Shown here one piece after another: positions 43,993 to 54,784 of a DNA stretch of 64,000 nucleotides. Made by a program: the position numbers and the translations under genes. Source of the stretch: Calditrichia bacterium (GTDB lineage: Bacteria; Calditrichota; Calditrichia; JAJRVZ01); NCBI GenBank assembly GCA_963796965.1, contig CAWCNS010000007.1, positions 384,001 through 448,000 on the forward strand, read 5' to 3'. The notes beneath the pieces were generated by a model that was given only the letters and a program-made list of their open reading frames with translations, was not told where the DNA came from and did no database searches. How positions within the stretch are numbered: the first letter of the stretch is position 1; each line of letters starts with the position of its first letter.

Positions 43993-44074
43993 TACGCAAC
44001 ATAACTTTGGAAGATTATTACAGAAAAACATTAATCGATTGAATTTACTTAATAAACAGGTAATACAAAAGATA

Positions 44075-46333
44075 TCAGATTAGTTGTTGGAGGATCTTTT
44101 TAGCACTTTGTTTACCAAAAAGTCCTGATTCAAGGGGTGGGCCAATACAAGCAGGACAGCCTTTTTCGCAGGAACAGCCATTGATATGTGTTAAAACGGC
44201 CTGCAAAATCATATCGATTATATTATAAAGTTTTTTACTCAATCCAACACCACCCGGATATTTATCATAGACATAAATAGTAGGTTTGTGAGAAAACGGT
44301 GCCCGAACCATTGGAATAACACATATATCAGCGCGATCACACATAATATATAGTGGAATTAAATTTTGCATGGTAAAGGCAATGCCACGCAATCCCTCCC
44401 CAATCACAGATTCCTCAAAATAGGGATCTTCAAAGAGAATTTCAGGAAATTCCAACCAGGTTGAAGAAGAATGCATTTCCATTTCCGGTAAATAAATTTT
44501 ACCCATTCCGACATTTTCATGTGTAAAAAATTTAACCTTTTTAAAAGCTGTAGCCACCGTTGTTACAGCAACTTCGCCATAGAAACTATGATAACTTCCC
44601 TCTCTTTCTTCCAGAATATCCAGTACTTTTAAATCAGTTTTAGCAATAGCATCAGTATAATAATCGGAATCTGTCTCACTGACAAAAGCCTTTTTTCCAT
44701 CCCAGTCAAGTTCATCCACTTGAAATTGTTGGCTCTCATGGATATAAATTGCGTCTTTATGGACCAGCAAAGGCGCTGAAAAAAGATCAACCTCCCCAAT
44801 AATCCTGTTATTATCGGAAGTGTTAACAATAACTACATTATTTGGATTGGCGTTTCGCAAACTGACCTCATCGGCAGGATAAACATCCTGCATCCAATAA
44901 TATTTCCCGTCTGTTTCCCGTAACACCCGTTCGTCTTTTAAATATTGCAGCAACTGTTGTGTCGCATCGGTACCAAAATTTTCTTCAACTGTAAACGGCA
45001 ATTCAAAAGCAGCACATTTTATATGACTCATCAAAATCGGAAGGTTGTCGGCATCAATATTGGCGGTTTCAGGATTTTTCTCAAAAAAGAATGAGGGATG
45101 TTCAGCCAGATATTGATCAAGTGGTGCGCTGCTCAATACCATGATTGATACGGATGTGGTTTGCCGCCTCCCCGCTCTCCCAGCTTGCTGCCAACTACTG
45201 GAAATACTGCCGGGATAACCGGTCATAATCGAAACGTCCAATTGACCGATATCTATTCCTAACTCAAGGGCATTTGTACTGACAACAACTTGTATCTCCC
45301 CGTTTCTGAGACCCTGTTCAATTTTTCTTCTCTCATTGGGTAAATATCCCCCACGATAACCACGTATTTTATTGGGAGCGATTTTCAGTTGCTTAGCAGA
45401 GTCTTTGAGATACGTTACCAAAACCTCAACATTAAGCCTGCTGCGGGCAAATACAATTAACTGGATACCAGTTGGTAGAAAATGTTTGACAATTTTTCTT
45501 ACTTCTTTTATTACTGAATTTCTAAGCCCCAATTCCTGGTTTACTACCGGCGGATTATAAAATAAAAAGTGTTTCTCACCCGAGGGAGCGCCATTATTAT
45601 CAACAACATCAACCTTAGTTCCCGTTATTTTTTCAGCTATTTCTCCTGGATTAGCAATAGTAGCCGAACTGCAAATAAACTGAGGATCACTGCCGTAAAA
45701 GTCACATATTCGTTTCAAACGACGTATAACGTTGGCGAAATGACTTCCAAATACGCCTCGATAGGCATGAATCTCATCTATTACTATAAATTTCAAGTTT
45801 TCAAATAATTTTATCCATAATGTATGATGTGGTAAAATTCCCTGGTGCAGCATATCCGGATTTGTTACGACGATATGTCCTGCGGATCGAATCGTTCGCC
45901 TTACCTCCGGCGGTGTATCACCATCAAAGGTGTGGCAAATAATATTTTCTTCTAAAGATTCAATCATTTGATGTAATTCATGTACCTGATCTTGGGCAAG
46001 CGCTTTGGTTGGAAAAAGATATAATGTTCGAATCTCAGGATCTTTTAGTAATTCTGACAGAATAGGAAGATTATAGGTTAATGTTTTGCCTGAAGCGGTG
46101 GGCGTGACAACAACAACATTTTTTCCGGAAACAATTTTGTCAAATGCCGTCGCCTGGTGCGTATATAGGGAGGAGATACCTTTTTTCTCCAATACCTTTT
46201 TAACTTTTTCAGGAATTGAGGGTGGGAAGGGTGCTTTTTTTTCGTCTGTTGATGGGATTGTTTTCCAGGTGGTTACATTACGTAGAAAATCCTTTTTATC
46301 TTTTAGATGATCGATTAGTTGGAGTAAATTCAT
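44075..46333 (-). CDS. mrfA: DEAH-box helicase with DUF1998 Zn domain (MrfA/SftH/Hrq1 family)
   Basis: TPTASGKT, FPTKALAQDQ, DEIH.YRG.FGS, SATIANP, STNALELGIDIG, QAGRAGRR, C-terminal CSCEKGCPAC. Confidence 0.88.
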   Translation of the reverse strand: MNLLQLIDHLKDKKDFLRNVTTWKTIPSTDEKKAPFPPSIPEKVKKVLEKKGISSLYTHQATAFDKIVSGKNVVVVTPTASGKTLTYNLPILSELLKDPEIRTLYLFPTKALAQDQVHELHQMIESLEENIICHTFDGDTPPEVRRTIRSAGHIVVTNPDMLHQGILPHHTLWIKLFENLKFIVIDEIHAYRGVFGSHFANVIRRLKRICDFYGSDPQFICSSATIANPGEIAEKITGTKVDVVDNNGAPSGEKHFLFYNPPVVNQELGLRNSVIKEVRKIVKHFLPTGIQLIVFARSRLNVEVLVTYLKDSAKQLKIAPNKIRGYRGGYLPNERRKIEQGLRNGEIQVVVSTNALELGIDIGQLDVSIMTGYPGSISSSWQQAGRAGRRQTTSVSIMVLSSAPLDQYLAEHPSFFFEKNPETANIDADNLPILMSHIKCAAFELPFTVEENFGTDATQQLLQYLKDERVLRETDGKYYWMQDVYPADEVSLRNANPNNVVIVNTSDNNRIIGEVDLFSAPLLVHKDAIYIHESQQFQVDELDWDGKKAFVSETDSDYYTDAIAKTDLKVLDILEEREGSYHSFYGEVAVTTVATAFKKVKFFTHENVGMGKIYLPEMEMHSSSTWLEFPEILFEDPYFEESVIGEGLRGIAFTMQNLIPLYIMCDRADICVIPMVRAPFSHKPTIYVYDKYPGGVGLSKKLYNIIDMILQAVLTHINGCSCEKGCPACIGPPLESGLFGKQSAKKILQQLI

Positions 46334-46374
46334 TTAATTATGCTTATATAAGGGTTAACATAAAAGAGATGCTA

Positions 46375-46480
46375 AACGCAAAGACGCAAAGACTCATTCG
46401 CATGGTGCATAGCGCATAGCGCATGGTCTTTGATCCCATGCGCTATGCTCTCTGCGCTTTGCCTAAAGACTTTGCGTCGT
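46375..46480. repeat. Heptamer-repeat hairpin nested inside a CGCAAAG element
   Basis: aacgcaaagacgcaaag [gcatggtgcatagcgcatagcgcatgg ... ccatgcgctatgctctctgcgctttgc] ctttgcgtcgt. Confidence 0.65.
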
Positions 46481-46519
46481 ATTCTTATCGGAACAACAAT
46501 ATATTAATATCTTATCACA

Positions 46520-47850
46520 TTACATATTAGCCAGAGATGCATCGATTTTTGCGACGACATCAGATATTGATGAACCTTCACTTCTTTGACCCAGTGAAGC
46601 TTCATAAATGTCATAATTCCCTAACCGGTTGCTAAAAAACAGAATTTTCTGCCCATCATTCGAAAATACCGGATTTAAATCATCAGCCGGATTCGAGGTT
46701 ACACGTATTTCATCATCTCCGTTTTCATTCATCATGTAAATCTCATAATTACCATCACGATCTGAAAAGAAGGCAACCCTATTCCCCACCGCACTTAAAT
46801 CAGGTGCAGCATTATTATATCCACTGCTATAAGTGATTTGCTTTGTTTCAGAACCATCTGCTTTCATCCGATAGATATCATAACTACCATTCCGATTTGA
46901 ATCAAAATAAATCGTTCCTGTTTCTCCCCCATTTAGCACCGGCCCCCCATCATTGGCCTCATCCTTTGTCAAAGCCAACTGAAAACTGCCATCTTTTTCC
47001 ATTATAAAAATGTGGCTGTTATAGTTCTTCAAGGCTAACATCACGCAAATCGTTGCGTTCGGAAACAAATACGATAAAATTACCATCTGTAGAAAAACGG
47101 GGCTTCCAATCATTAGAACCATTTGTTGTCAGGTTCGTTTCATAATTATTTATGAGATCTAAAGTATAAATATCACGCAATTTCTGATTATAATCCACAT
47201 TCCTGTGATCATCTCTGGTAGAGGTATAGGCAATAGTTCTACCATCGGGGGAATAGCCGCCATTTTCTTCATCCGCAGGATCAAAGGTCAGTCTGTTTTG
47301 TGGTCTGCGAGGCTATGTCATATTCATAGATATCCCAGTTTTCACCTTGATAGGCCTGATAGATGATTTTTGTACCATCTGCAGAATAGGAAGGATAAGC
47401 TTCAGGCATAGAAGAAGCAATTATAGGCGTAACAGTATAAGAATCAAGAAATTTCGGTGAAATACGATTTAAATATTGTGGCCCATCCCTGCCCAAAAGA
47501 ATTTCTTTATAGGCTGTAAACGCTTTTCTTTTATCTCCCATTCGCATCGCTAATTCTGCATAACTAAATTTAACATCAGCTTGGTTTGGATCCAGGGCAA
47601 GGGCGCCTTCATAAGTCTTTAATGCCTGCATATCCTGACCCATTGCTTCATATTCCTGAGCTAATTGCAGACGCCAACTCAAATTGTTAGGCTCATCTTC
47701 AATATTTTCCAATAGATCGGCTATCCTCTCAGATGAAGCCATTTCATTTGCAGACATATCATCACTCGATACATCCGATTTCGAAGAGCCACCGCAGGAC
47801 ATGAGTACAAGAATCAATGTACCTGTTAAAAGTAGTGTAATAATTCGCAT
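46520..47850 (-). CDS. Lipoprotein with TPR and PD40 (TolB-like) beta-propeller repeats, split by frameshifts
   Basis: LMSC lipobox; TPR; PSYSADG.KI.Y, FDSNRNG.YDIY.M..DG, FFSDRDGNYEIY, PVFSNDG. Confidence 0.8.
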
Positions 47851-47874
47851 CGATCCTCCAATAGAGAAGTCAGA

Positions 47875-50800
47875 TTATTGCCCAATTTCTAAAATTCTTT
47901 TTTGAGCTTCCTTTTTTAATACAACATCGATACCAGGTCGTTTAACAATTTCAGAATACATTCTCTTTGCCTCGTCCATACGACCAAGTTTTTCATAAGC
48001 CTGGCCAGAATAATATAAAGCACTGGCCTCCCATTGTAATTCAGTCTTACGGGATAGTAATGGAATCTTCACAAATTCCGCAATAGCATTTTCGTATTGA
48101 CCTGTTTGAAAATAGGCATCCCCGATGTAAAATTGAATTTCAGGCTCCCTCTCACTATCGGCAAGTAATCGTGTTTCCTTAAATAATTCTACAGCTCTGT
48201 CGACCTGGTTTAAGGCCACATAGGCACGGCCCATCATTATTTTTTTATCAATTACATCATCTGCATTAGGATAGGTTGAAATATATTCCCGGGAGAGTGC
48301 AAGAGCAGCATCCCAAAAATTAACAAATGAGTATGCTTTAATCAAGTTACTCATCACCTGCTGGCGAACTTCTGGCGTTAAAGGCTTATCCATCGCGCTT
48401 TTAAATGTAGCGATCGCACTGTCATATTTTTCAGAGCGGTGATAAATACCACCAAGCGTATTCAGGACGGCACCGAGATTATCACTATTTGGATACTTTT
48501 GAGCAAATCCAGTGAGGATATCTATAGCCTCCTGGTGTCTGTTTACAGCAATATAGGTAACTGCCAGATAATAATCGGCATCATCAACATAGGAGGATTT
48601 TGGATAATTTTTCTTTACATTTGTAAAGAATTTTACCGCTTGATTATAATTTGAATTTTTCCTGTAGTAATTACCATATTCAAATTGAAATGAAGCACGA
48701 TGATTGATCTGTGATTTATAAGTTTTTGTATAGTTCGATATCTGCTTATCCGCGCTGCTCTTTTTTCCACTACGAATTAAGCAAATGATTTCCCGGGCGA
48801 GAATATCAGATTTTTCTTTCTCATCTGCAGTAATAGCAGCCAGTTTCATATAGGTTGCAGCGGCCTTATCATAAGTCTCCTGATCAAAATAAAGATTTCC
48901 CATACTAAGCAGAGCTTTAGGATAAAAAATCTCATCAGTTGTTGGAACATTATCAAAACTGCTGATAGCACTGCCAGGATTGTTCATTGCAATATAAACA
49001 TCACCCAGTAAATAACTTGCCTCACTTCTATATTGGCCCTTTGGATTATTCGCGAGGTAGTTGATGAAATTTAAACGTGCATTACGCCAATCTTTTAAAT
49101 TATAGTGGGCCTTACCTAGTTTATAGGATAGAACTGATTGAGATTCTGTGGTTATTTCGCGGCTCAAAACCATATCTTCGGTCTTTAAAGGATCCAACAT
49201 TTGACGATAAGTTATTATCGCCCGGGCACTTTCACCTGAATAAAGATCGGTATCACCAATTTTCAATTTTGCTTTTTCAGCAAGATTTGTATAATAATAA
49301 TCCGTGAGCACTTTTGTAAATACTTGATTTGCCTTGATATAACTGGCTTCAGAATCCCATATCAATCCAAGATTATACAGGGCGTTGGCCGCTGTTGGCG
49401 AATGCGGATATGATGCAGCTATAGTTCTAAAATCATCGGTAGATTTTCCCTTGTTCATACGAAGATTTATAACAGCACGTTCGTACAAATAATCAGGGTA
49501 TTGCTTGCTAGTCGGAAATTGATCCGCGAGGGCTGTATAATGTAACAGAGCCTTACTCAGGTCTCCACCATCCATTGCGTATAAATCACCTAACTTTTTA
49601 TGCCACTCTTCTCGAAGGGGGCTCTCTGGATATTTTTTTACCAGGGTCTCGTAATAACCTATTTGCTTAGAACTCGGAGAATTGTCGACTTTAATACCCA
49701 GCGAAACAAAGTGATAAGATATCAGGTCCGGTTCTGCAGCTGATGAGATGTTTTCCATGGCTTTTCCAAGATTTTCCTTAGCCAGGTTTAAATATTCTCC
49801 CCGTTTTGCTTCGCTCACTTTACGGTTTTCAGCAAGGCGTTGGTAGGTGAGGCCCAGGTAGTGATATAAATCGACCTGTAAAGATGTACTTTGAGCGGTT
49901 TGTAATGCCGTTCTGAATTGTATCAGGGCATTTGGATAATCCTTAAGATTGGCATAGTATATCTTGCCCAGATTAAACTGCAAAAGAGCATCCTCTTTCC
50001 TGTTAATCATATCCCCCATAAGCAGAGATAACTGGCTGATTCCAAGGTTATTATTCATCAGATAATAATTATCAAGATACTCCAGCCTGTCTGCTGCTTC
50101 ACTCACTAAGGTACTGGATGCATATTGCTCTATAATCATCCTATAAAATCTTGCACTCTCGTCATATCGTCCTAATTGCTCATTGGCAAAAGCAATCTCG
50201 TAAATATAGTTATCCTTATTTACAAATTTTAATTCTGAATATATCGCTGGTTGAAGTTCGCGAATGATGCCCAGCCAGTCCTGCTGATTCTTAAGAAAAC
50301 TAATAAACCACATTTGATCGTTTTCTGTGAGTCCTTGCAAGCTTTGTAATGTATACAAATCAGCTAGTCCAGACTCAAATTGACCGTCTGCCAACTTCCA
50401 TTTAAAACATAAATCTTTGGCCTGTTGATATCCACTCCATTCCCAGTACCTCTTATTCAGAATAATAGGCTGAAGTGTTTGGATTGCATTATGTTGATTG
50501 CCCTGTTTTTCCCAGGATAAGGCCAATTTGAGATTTCGGACCACATACTTTGTAGAGTCAGATGACTCAATACTGATTAGATAATGCTTTCCCGCTAAGG
50601 CATATTTTGTATCAAGATAATAAGCATCTGCCAGGCTCTCCTCTAATCTATACTTATAAATCCCAGGGGGATTAGAATTTAATGCATCAGTTATTACCTG
50701 TTGAACCTGGGGATATTTTTCCTGCTGTAAATAAATCTGTGATAATGCTAAAACAGATCCGGGGTAACTTTTTGTTTTCTTGAATTTACTGACGACATTT

Positions 50801-51510
50801 TGATAAGGGGCAATTGCCTGTTGGTAATTGCCCTGAATAGCATAAGACTCACCTAAATAATACCAGGCCCTTGCCTTCAATTCATCACCGCCGTCACTGG
50901 CCAGCACCTTTTCTAACTTCTCCGTTGCATGCGACGTTTTCCCCATATCAAGATAAAGTTTTCCCTGGGCAAGCATACTTGGGAAATAGGCCGATGATTC
51001 AATATAGCGATTTTGGATAAGATTATATAATTGTTCAGCAACCTCGTTTCGTCCTAACTCCTGATATATCTCTCCTGCTTTCAAGATACTTTCAGCAGTT
51101 TTTTCATGGTTTGGATGCAGCAATTTCACCATTTCATAGGCTTTAGCAGCTTCCTCCAGATTTGATAGTCGTTGATAACAATCGCCAATCATATACCAGC
51201 TATCTGCGGCACGATCATGACGTGGAAAATCGACAGCCACGCGCTGGAAGGCTATCCGGGCATTTTCATATTGTCTAAGGAAATACAATGACATACCAGA
51301 ATAAAAGCCTGCTTCAGGCACATTATTGCTTCCAGGATAGTTGTCAACATATCGTGAAAATTGCTGTGCTGCAAGGTCATAAAACTTTTCATTATAAAGT
51401 TTCAGAGCATAAGAGAAATCGTTACTCTCTGACCGTTGCTGAGCAAGTACATTACTGAATACCATCAAAAATGCAACTAATGTAAAAAAGACTATTTTTG
51501 TTCGTTTCAT
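47875..51510 (-). CDS. Large secreted TPR protein (CpoB/BamD-like repeats)
   Basis: 1211 aa; signal peptide; many Y..A...F....YP.S....A.Y..G repeats. Confidence 0.85.
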   Translation of the reverse strand: MKRTKIVFFTLVAFLMVFSNVLAQQRSESNDFSYALKLYNEKFYDLAAQQFSRYVDNYPGSNNVPEAGFYSGMSLYFLRQYENARIAFQRVAVDFPRHDRAADSWYMIGDCYQRLSNLEEAAKAYEMVKLLHPNHEKTAESILKAGEIYQELGRNEVAEQLYNLIQNRYIESSAYFPSMLAQGKLYLDMGKTSHATEKLEKVLASDGGDELKARAWYYLGESYAIQGNYQQAIAPYQNVVSKFKKTKSYPGSVLALSQIYLQQEKYPQVQQVITDALNSNPPGIYKYRLEESLADAYYLDTKYALAGKHYLISIESSDSTKYVVRNLKLALSWEKQGNQHNAIQTLQPIILNKRYWEWSGYQQAKDLCFKWKLADGQFESGLADLYTLQSLQGLTENDQMWFISFLKNQQDWLGIIRELQPAIYSELKFVNKDNYIYEIAFANEQLGRYDESARFYRMIIEQYASSTLVSEAADRLEYLDNYYLMNNNLGISQLSLLMGDMINRKEDALLQFNLGKIYYANLKDYPNALIQFRTALQTAQSTSLQVDLYHYLGLTYQRLAENRKVSEAKRGEYLNLAKENLGKAMENISSAAEPDLISYHFVSLGIKVDNSPSSKQIGYYETLVKKYPESPLREEWHKKLGDLYAMDGGDLSKALLHYTALADQFPTSKQYPDYLYERAVINLRMNKGKSTDDFRTIAASYPHSPTAANALYNLGLIWDSEASYIKANQVFTKVLTDYYYTNLAEKAKLKIGDTDLYSGESARAIITYRQMLDPLKTEDMVLSREITTESQSVLSYKLGKAHYNLKDWRNARLNFINYLANNPKGQYRSEASYLLGDVYIAMNNPGSAISSFDNVPTTDEIFYPKALLSMGNLYFDQETYDKAAATYMKLAAITADEKEKSDILAREIICLIRSGKKSSADKQISNYTKTYKSQINHRASFQFEYGNYYRKNSNYNQAVKFFTNVKKNYPKSSYVDDADYYLAVTYIAVNRHQEAIDILTGFAQKYPNSDNLGAVLNTLGGIYHRSEKYDSAIATFKSAMDKPLTPEVRQQVMSNLIKAYSFVNFWDAALALSREYISTYPNADDVIDKKIMMGRAYVALNQVDRAVELFKETRLLADSEREPEIQFYIGDAYFQTGQYENAIAEFVKIPLLSRKTELQWEASALYYSGQAYEKLGRMDEAKRMYSEIVKRPGIDVVLKKEAQKRILEIGQ

Positions 51511-51526
51511 TAATATGACCTTCTAA

Positions 51527-53743
51527 TCATTCAGAGACTTCTAACGGGGTTAAGTTTGCATATTGTGCTATGAGTTTTTTTAGTATTTCTCCTTCAAATC
51601 TTATGGAGATCTTCATTTTATCTCCATGGCCCTCAACGCCCAATACTTGTCCCTTACCAAATGTTTCATGATATACTTTACTACCTACTTTATATACTAT
51701 CTCATCAGCCTGAGACTCATCTTCCTGATTAAAATACTCCAGCATCTTCTTGCGTCGCGTTTGCTTACGCGTCTTTCCGGATCCTCCCTTTTCAAATCCA
51801 ATTAACTGGGTTTTCATAAATTCAGGGGGGATTTCATCTAAAAACAAAGATGGAATACAGTAATTTACATTGTTAAATCTTCTCCTTGCACGGGCATAAC
51901 TTAAGTAGAGACTTTCCTCTGCTCTTGTCATGCCAACATATAAAAGACGTCGCTCCTCTTCCAATTCCGAATTATCAGCGGAATTTCGTTGTAGGGGAAA
52001 CAATCCCATTTCCATCCCCGTAATAAAAACTACTGGGAATTCAAGTCCCTTGGATGAATGCAGGGTCATTAACGTCACTGAATTCCTTGATTCATTCATG
52101 GAATCTACATCGCTCAATAATGCAACATCTTCGAGGAATGAGGAAAGGCTGTTGTCTTTTTTCTCTGCCTCACGTTCTGATGTAAATATTTGTATCGTAT
52201 TGAACAATTCATATATATTTTCAAGGCGACTTTCACTCTCATACTGGTCGTATTCGTTTTTTATATGATCAATAATACCTGTCTCATGAGTAAGAGATGA
52301 AGTTAATTCAGATGCAGATATTTTTTTACTGGATTTTTGATATTTCGTGATCATATTAAAAAATTCAAGGACACGGTTTGCCATTCCAGCAGATATTGAA
52401 GATATCTCCTGCACCTTCCCCATGCCTTCCAAGAGGGTTATATCCAAAGACTCCACATATTTTTCAATTTTACCAACCGTTGTATCACCAATTCCACGTA
52501 AAGGGAAATTAACAATTCTGCGTAAACTGACACTGTCTTTAGGATTGGTAATTACTTTTAAATAGGCCAAAATATCCTTGATCTCTTTGCGATCATAAAA
52601 TTTAACACCACCAACGATGGCATATGAGATTGCATTTTTTCGCAGATCATCTTCCAGGGCTCTGCTTTGGGCATTGGTTCTATATAAAATGGCAATATCT
52701 TTGAAACTTCTCTTATTCGAATACATTTCTTTATGAATATGTTCAACGATCTTTTTTGCTTCATCCGATTCATTCTCAGCGTCCATAAGAACGATTGGTC
52801 CACCACCCTTCTTATTGGTAAATAACTTTTTCCCTAACCGCTCTGTGTTATGCGAAATTAGTGCACCAGCTCCATCCAGGATAAATTTATTTGAACGATA
52901 GTTTTCTTCCAGACGGAAAGTTTTTGCATCTTCAAAATCTTCCTTAAAATTCAAGATATTATTGATATCAGCACCACGCCAGCGATAGATGGACTGATCT
53001 TCATCCCCAACGACACAGATTGAATTCTTTTTACCTACCAGGCTTTTAATTAACAAATATTGCGCGCGATTGGTGTCCTGATACTCATCAACCAGGATAT
53101 ATTTAAATTTCCGTTCATATTTTTTATGAATATCCGGATGGTCATTAAATAGTTTGATTGGCAAAATTAAGAGATCATCAAAATCAACGGCATTATTTTC
53201 CACAAGAAATTCATCATAGCGTTTATAGACAGCGGGCAGGAGATCGTCAAACTCGTCCCCTTTCTTTTTTTCAAGATCAGCCGGGGCAATCATTCTGTTT
53301 TTAGCCTGACTGATACGAGACTGAAACAGCTTGGGGGAATGAAGTTGCTGAGGTATGTTTAAAATACTCATTACCTTTTTCAGGGCACCAACCTGATCAT
53401 CTGTATCATAAATTGTAAAATTTTCACCATAAGGCAAACTTTTCGTTTCAATTCTCAGCAATCTCGCAAACATTGAATGAAAAGTCCCAATCCACATTTT
53501 TGACAAATCATGTTTTGCCTGCTCTAAAACACGGTCTTTCATCTCTCGTGCTGCTTTATTTGTAAAGGTGACGGCTAAAATATTTGAGGGATTTACCTTG
53601 TGATGTTCAAGAAGATAAGATATTCTATAAGTCAGGGTTCTCGTTTTACCGCTGCCGGCACCGGCAAGGATCAATATATGCTTATCCATGCATTTGACTG
53701 CTTCCAATTGAACTTTGTTCAAATCCTTTGTGGAAAAACTCAT
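51527..53743 (-). CDS. pcrA: ATP-dependent DNA helicase PcrA/UvrD
   Basis: LAGAGSGKT, TFTNKAA.EM, VDEYQDTN, VGDEDQSIY.WRGA, LMTLHSSKGLEF, EERRL.YV..TRA, C-terminal Tudor-like H..FG.G. Confidence 0.95.
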   Translation of the reverse strand: MSFSTKDLNKVQLEAVKCMDKHILILAGAGSGKTRTLTYRISYLLEHHKVNPSNILAVTFTNKAAREMKDRVLEQAKHDLSKMWIGTFHSMFARLLRIETKSLPYGENFTIYDTDDQVGALKKVMSILNIPQQLHSPKLFQSRISQAKNRMIAPADLEKKKGDEFDDLLPAVYKRYDEFLVENNAVDFDDLLILPIKLFNDHPDIHKKYERKFKYILVDEYQDTNRAQYLLIKSLVGKKNSICVVGDEDQSIYRWRGADINNILNFKEDFEDAKTFRLEENYRSNKFILDGAGALISHNTERLGKKLFTNKKGGGPIVLMDAENESDEAKKIVEHIHKEMYSNKRSFKDIAILYRTNAQSRALEDDLRKNAISYAIVGGVKFYDRKEIKDILAYLKVITNPKDSVSLRRIVNFPLRGIGDTTVGKIEKYVESLDITLLEGMGKVQEISSISAGMANRVLEFFNMITKYQKSSKKISASELTSSLTHETGIIDHIKNEYDQYESESRLENIYELFNTIQIFTSEREAEKKDNSLSSFLEDVALLSDVDSMNESRNSVTLMTLHSSKGLEFPVVFITGMEMGLFPLQRNSADNSELEEERRLLYVGMTRAEESLYLSYARARRRFNNVNYCIPSLFLDEIPPEFMKTQLIGFEKGGSGKTRKQTRRKKMLEYFNQEDESQADEIVYKVGSKVYHETFGKGQVLGVEGHGDKMKISIRFEGEILKKLIAQYANLTPLEVSE

Positions 53744-54778
53744 TAATTCTCTCTTTTCAGGTTTAAGGCTTTTTCTTTTCGTTTTACTTCCCGGCGCACT
53801 TTATTAAATTCTGCTTTGGCCCGTGAATGTTCTGCTGCCGTACGTGAAAATGTATGTTTTCCATCACCCTTGGCAACAAAATATATATAATTTGTGCTGG
53901 CAGGAAAAATAGCAGCTAAAATTGAATTTTTTCCCGGATTAGAAATTGGTCCGGGTGGCAGACCATAATATTTATAGGTATTATATGGTGAATCTATTTC
54001 CAAATCTTTATATAGTAATCTTCTTGGTGGACCGGTCAAAATATACTGAATTGTTGGATCAGCTTGCAATTTTATTCTACGACGCAAACGGTTATGATAG
54101 ACAGATGAGATCACAGCCCGCTCCTCATCAAAAATAGCCTCTCCTTCAATTATTGAGGCAAGAGTCAGAATTTCATGTACGGACATCTTCATACTATCAA
54201 TACGTGCCATAACTTCGGGTGTAAATATATCAAGGCACCGCTTCACAAGAAATGAAATAATACGCTTTTCATTCACACCCCAGTAAAAATGATAGGTATC
54301 TGGCAACAGATATCCCTCCAGGTTTTTCGCCTCAACACCCAGACTATTTATAAAACTTGAATCAACGTGTTAAGTCAATGAATTTTTCTTCACTAATCTG
54401 AAGATTAGATTGTAGTCTTTCCGCAATTTCTGAATTGCGCCAACCTTCAATTAACCTAACTTTTATTTCTTTTGATGATGCCCGCGATAAGAACGTAACT
54501 AATTGGGCATAAGTCAGGCCCCGCGGAATTTCATAATAACCTGCTTTAATTGACCGGTCTTTATCCATGGATGTTAACCACAGAGTAAACAACTCTTTGT
54601 CATCAATCAAATTCTTGCTGTAGAACGAATCAACCACAGTCCTTATGCTTGTCCCTCTCGAAATAATCAGAGGTACATGTTCCCTGCTTTCATCTATAAC
54701 CGGAACCCTAAAATAGTCGATTATAAAAATAACAAGAAATGGAATCAGAAGAGTGAGGAGGATAAGTATTTTTTTCAA
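53743..54778 (-). CDS. mltG: Endolytic transglycosylase MltG (frameshift near 54360)
   Basis: N-terminal TM, IKAGYY, IEGW; LEGYLLPDTY, LASIIEGE, VYHNRL...LQADPT, SPYNTY...GLPPGPISNPG. Confidence 0.9.
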
Positions 54779-54784
54779 AATTAG

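Noticed and set aside
44075..46333. DUF1998 helicase as DISARM/Druantia-type defence gene
   Set aside because: Size and pairing with a YprB-like exonuclease fit MrfA/MrfB repair; no methylase, PLD nuclease or other defence partners
10415..54778. Programmed ribosomal frameshifting or phase variation explaining the split genes
   Set aside because: Too many sites, in diverse genes including mltG, without a consistent slippery motif or long repeat tract
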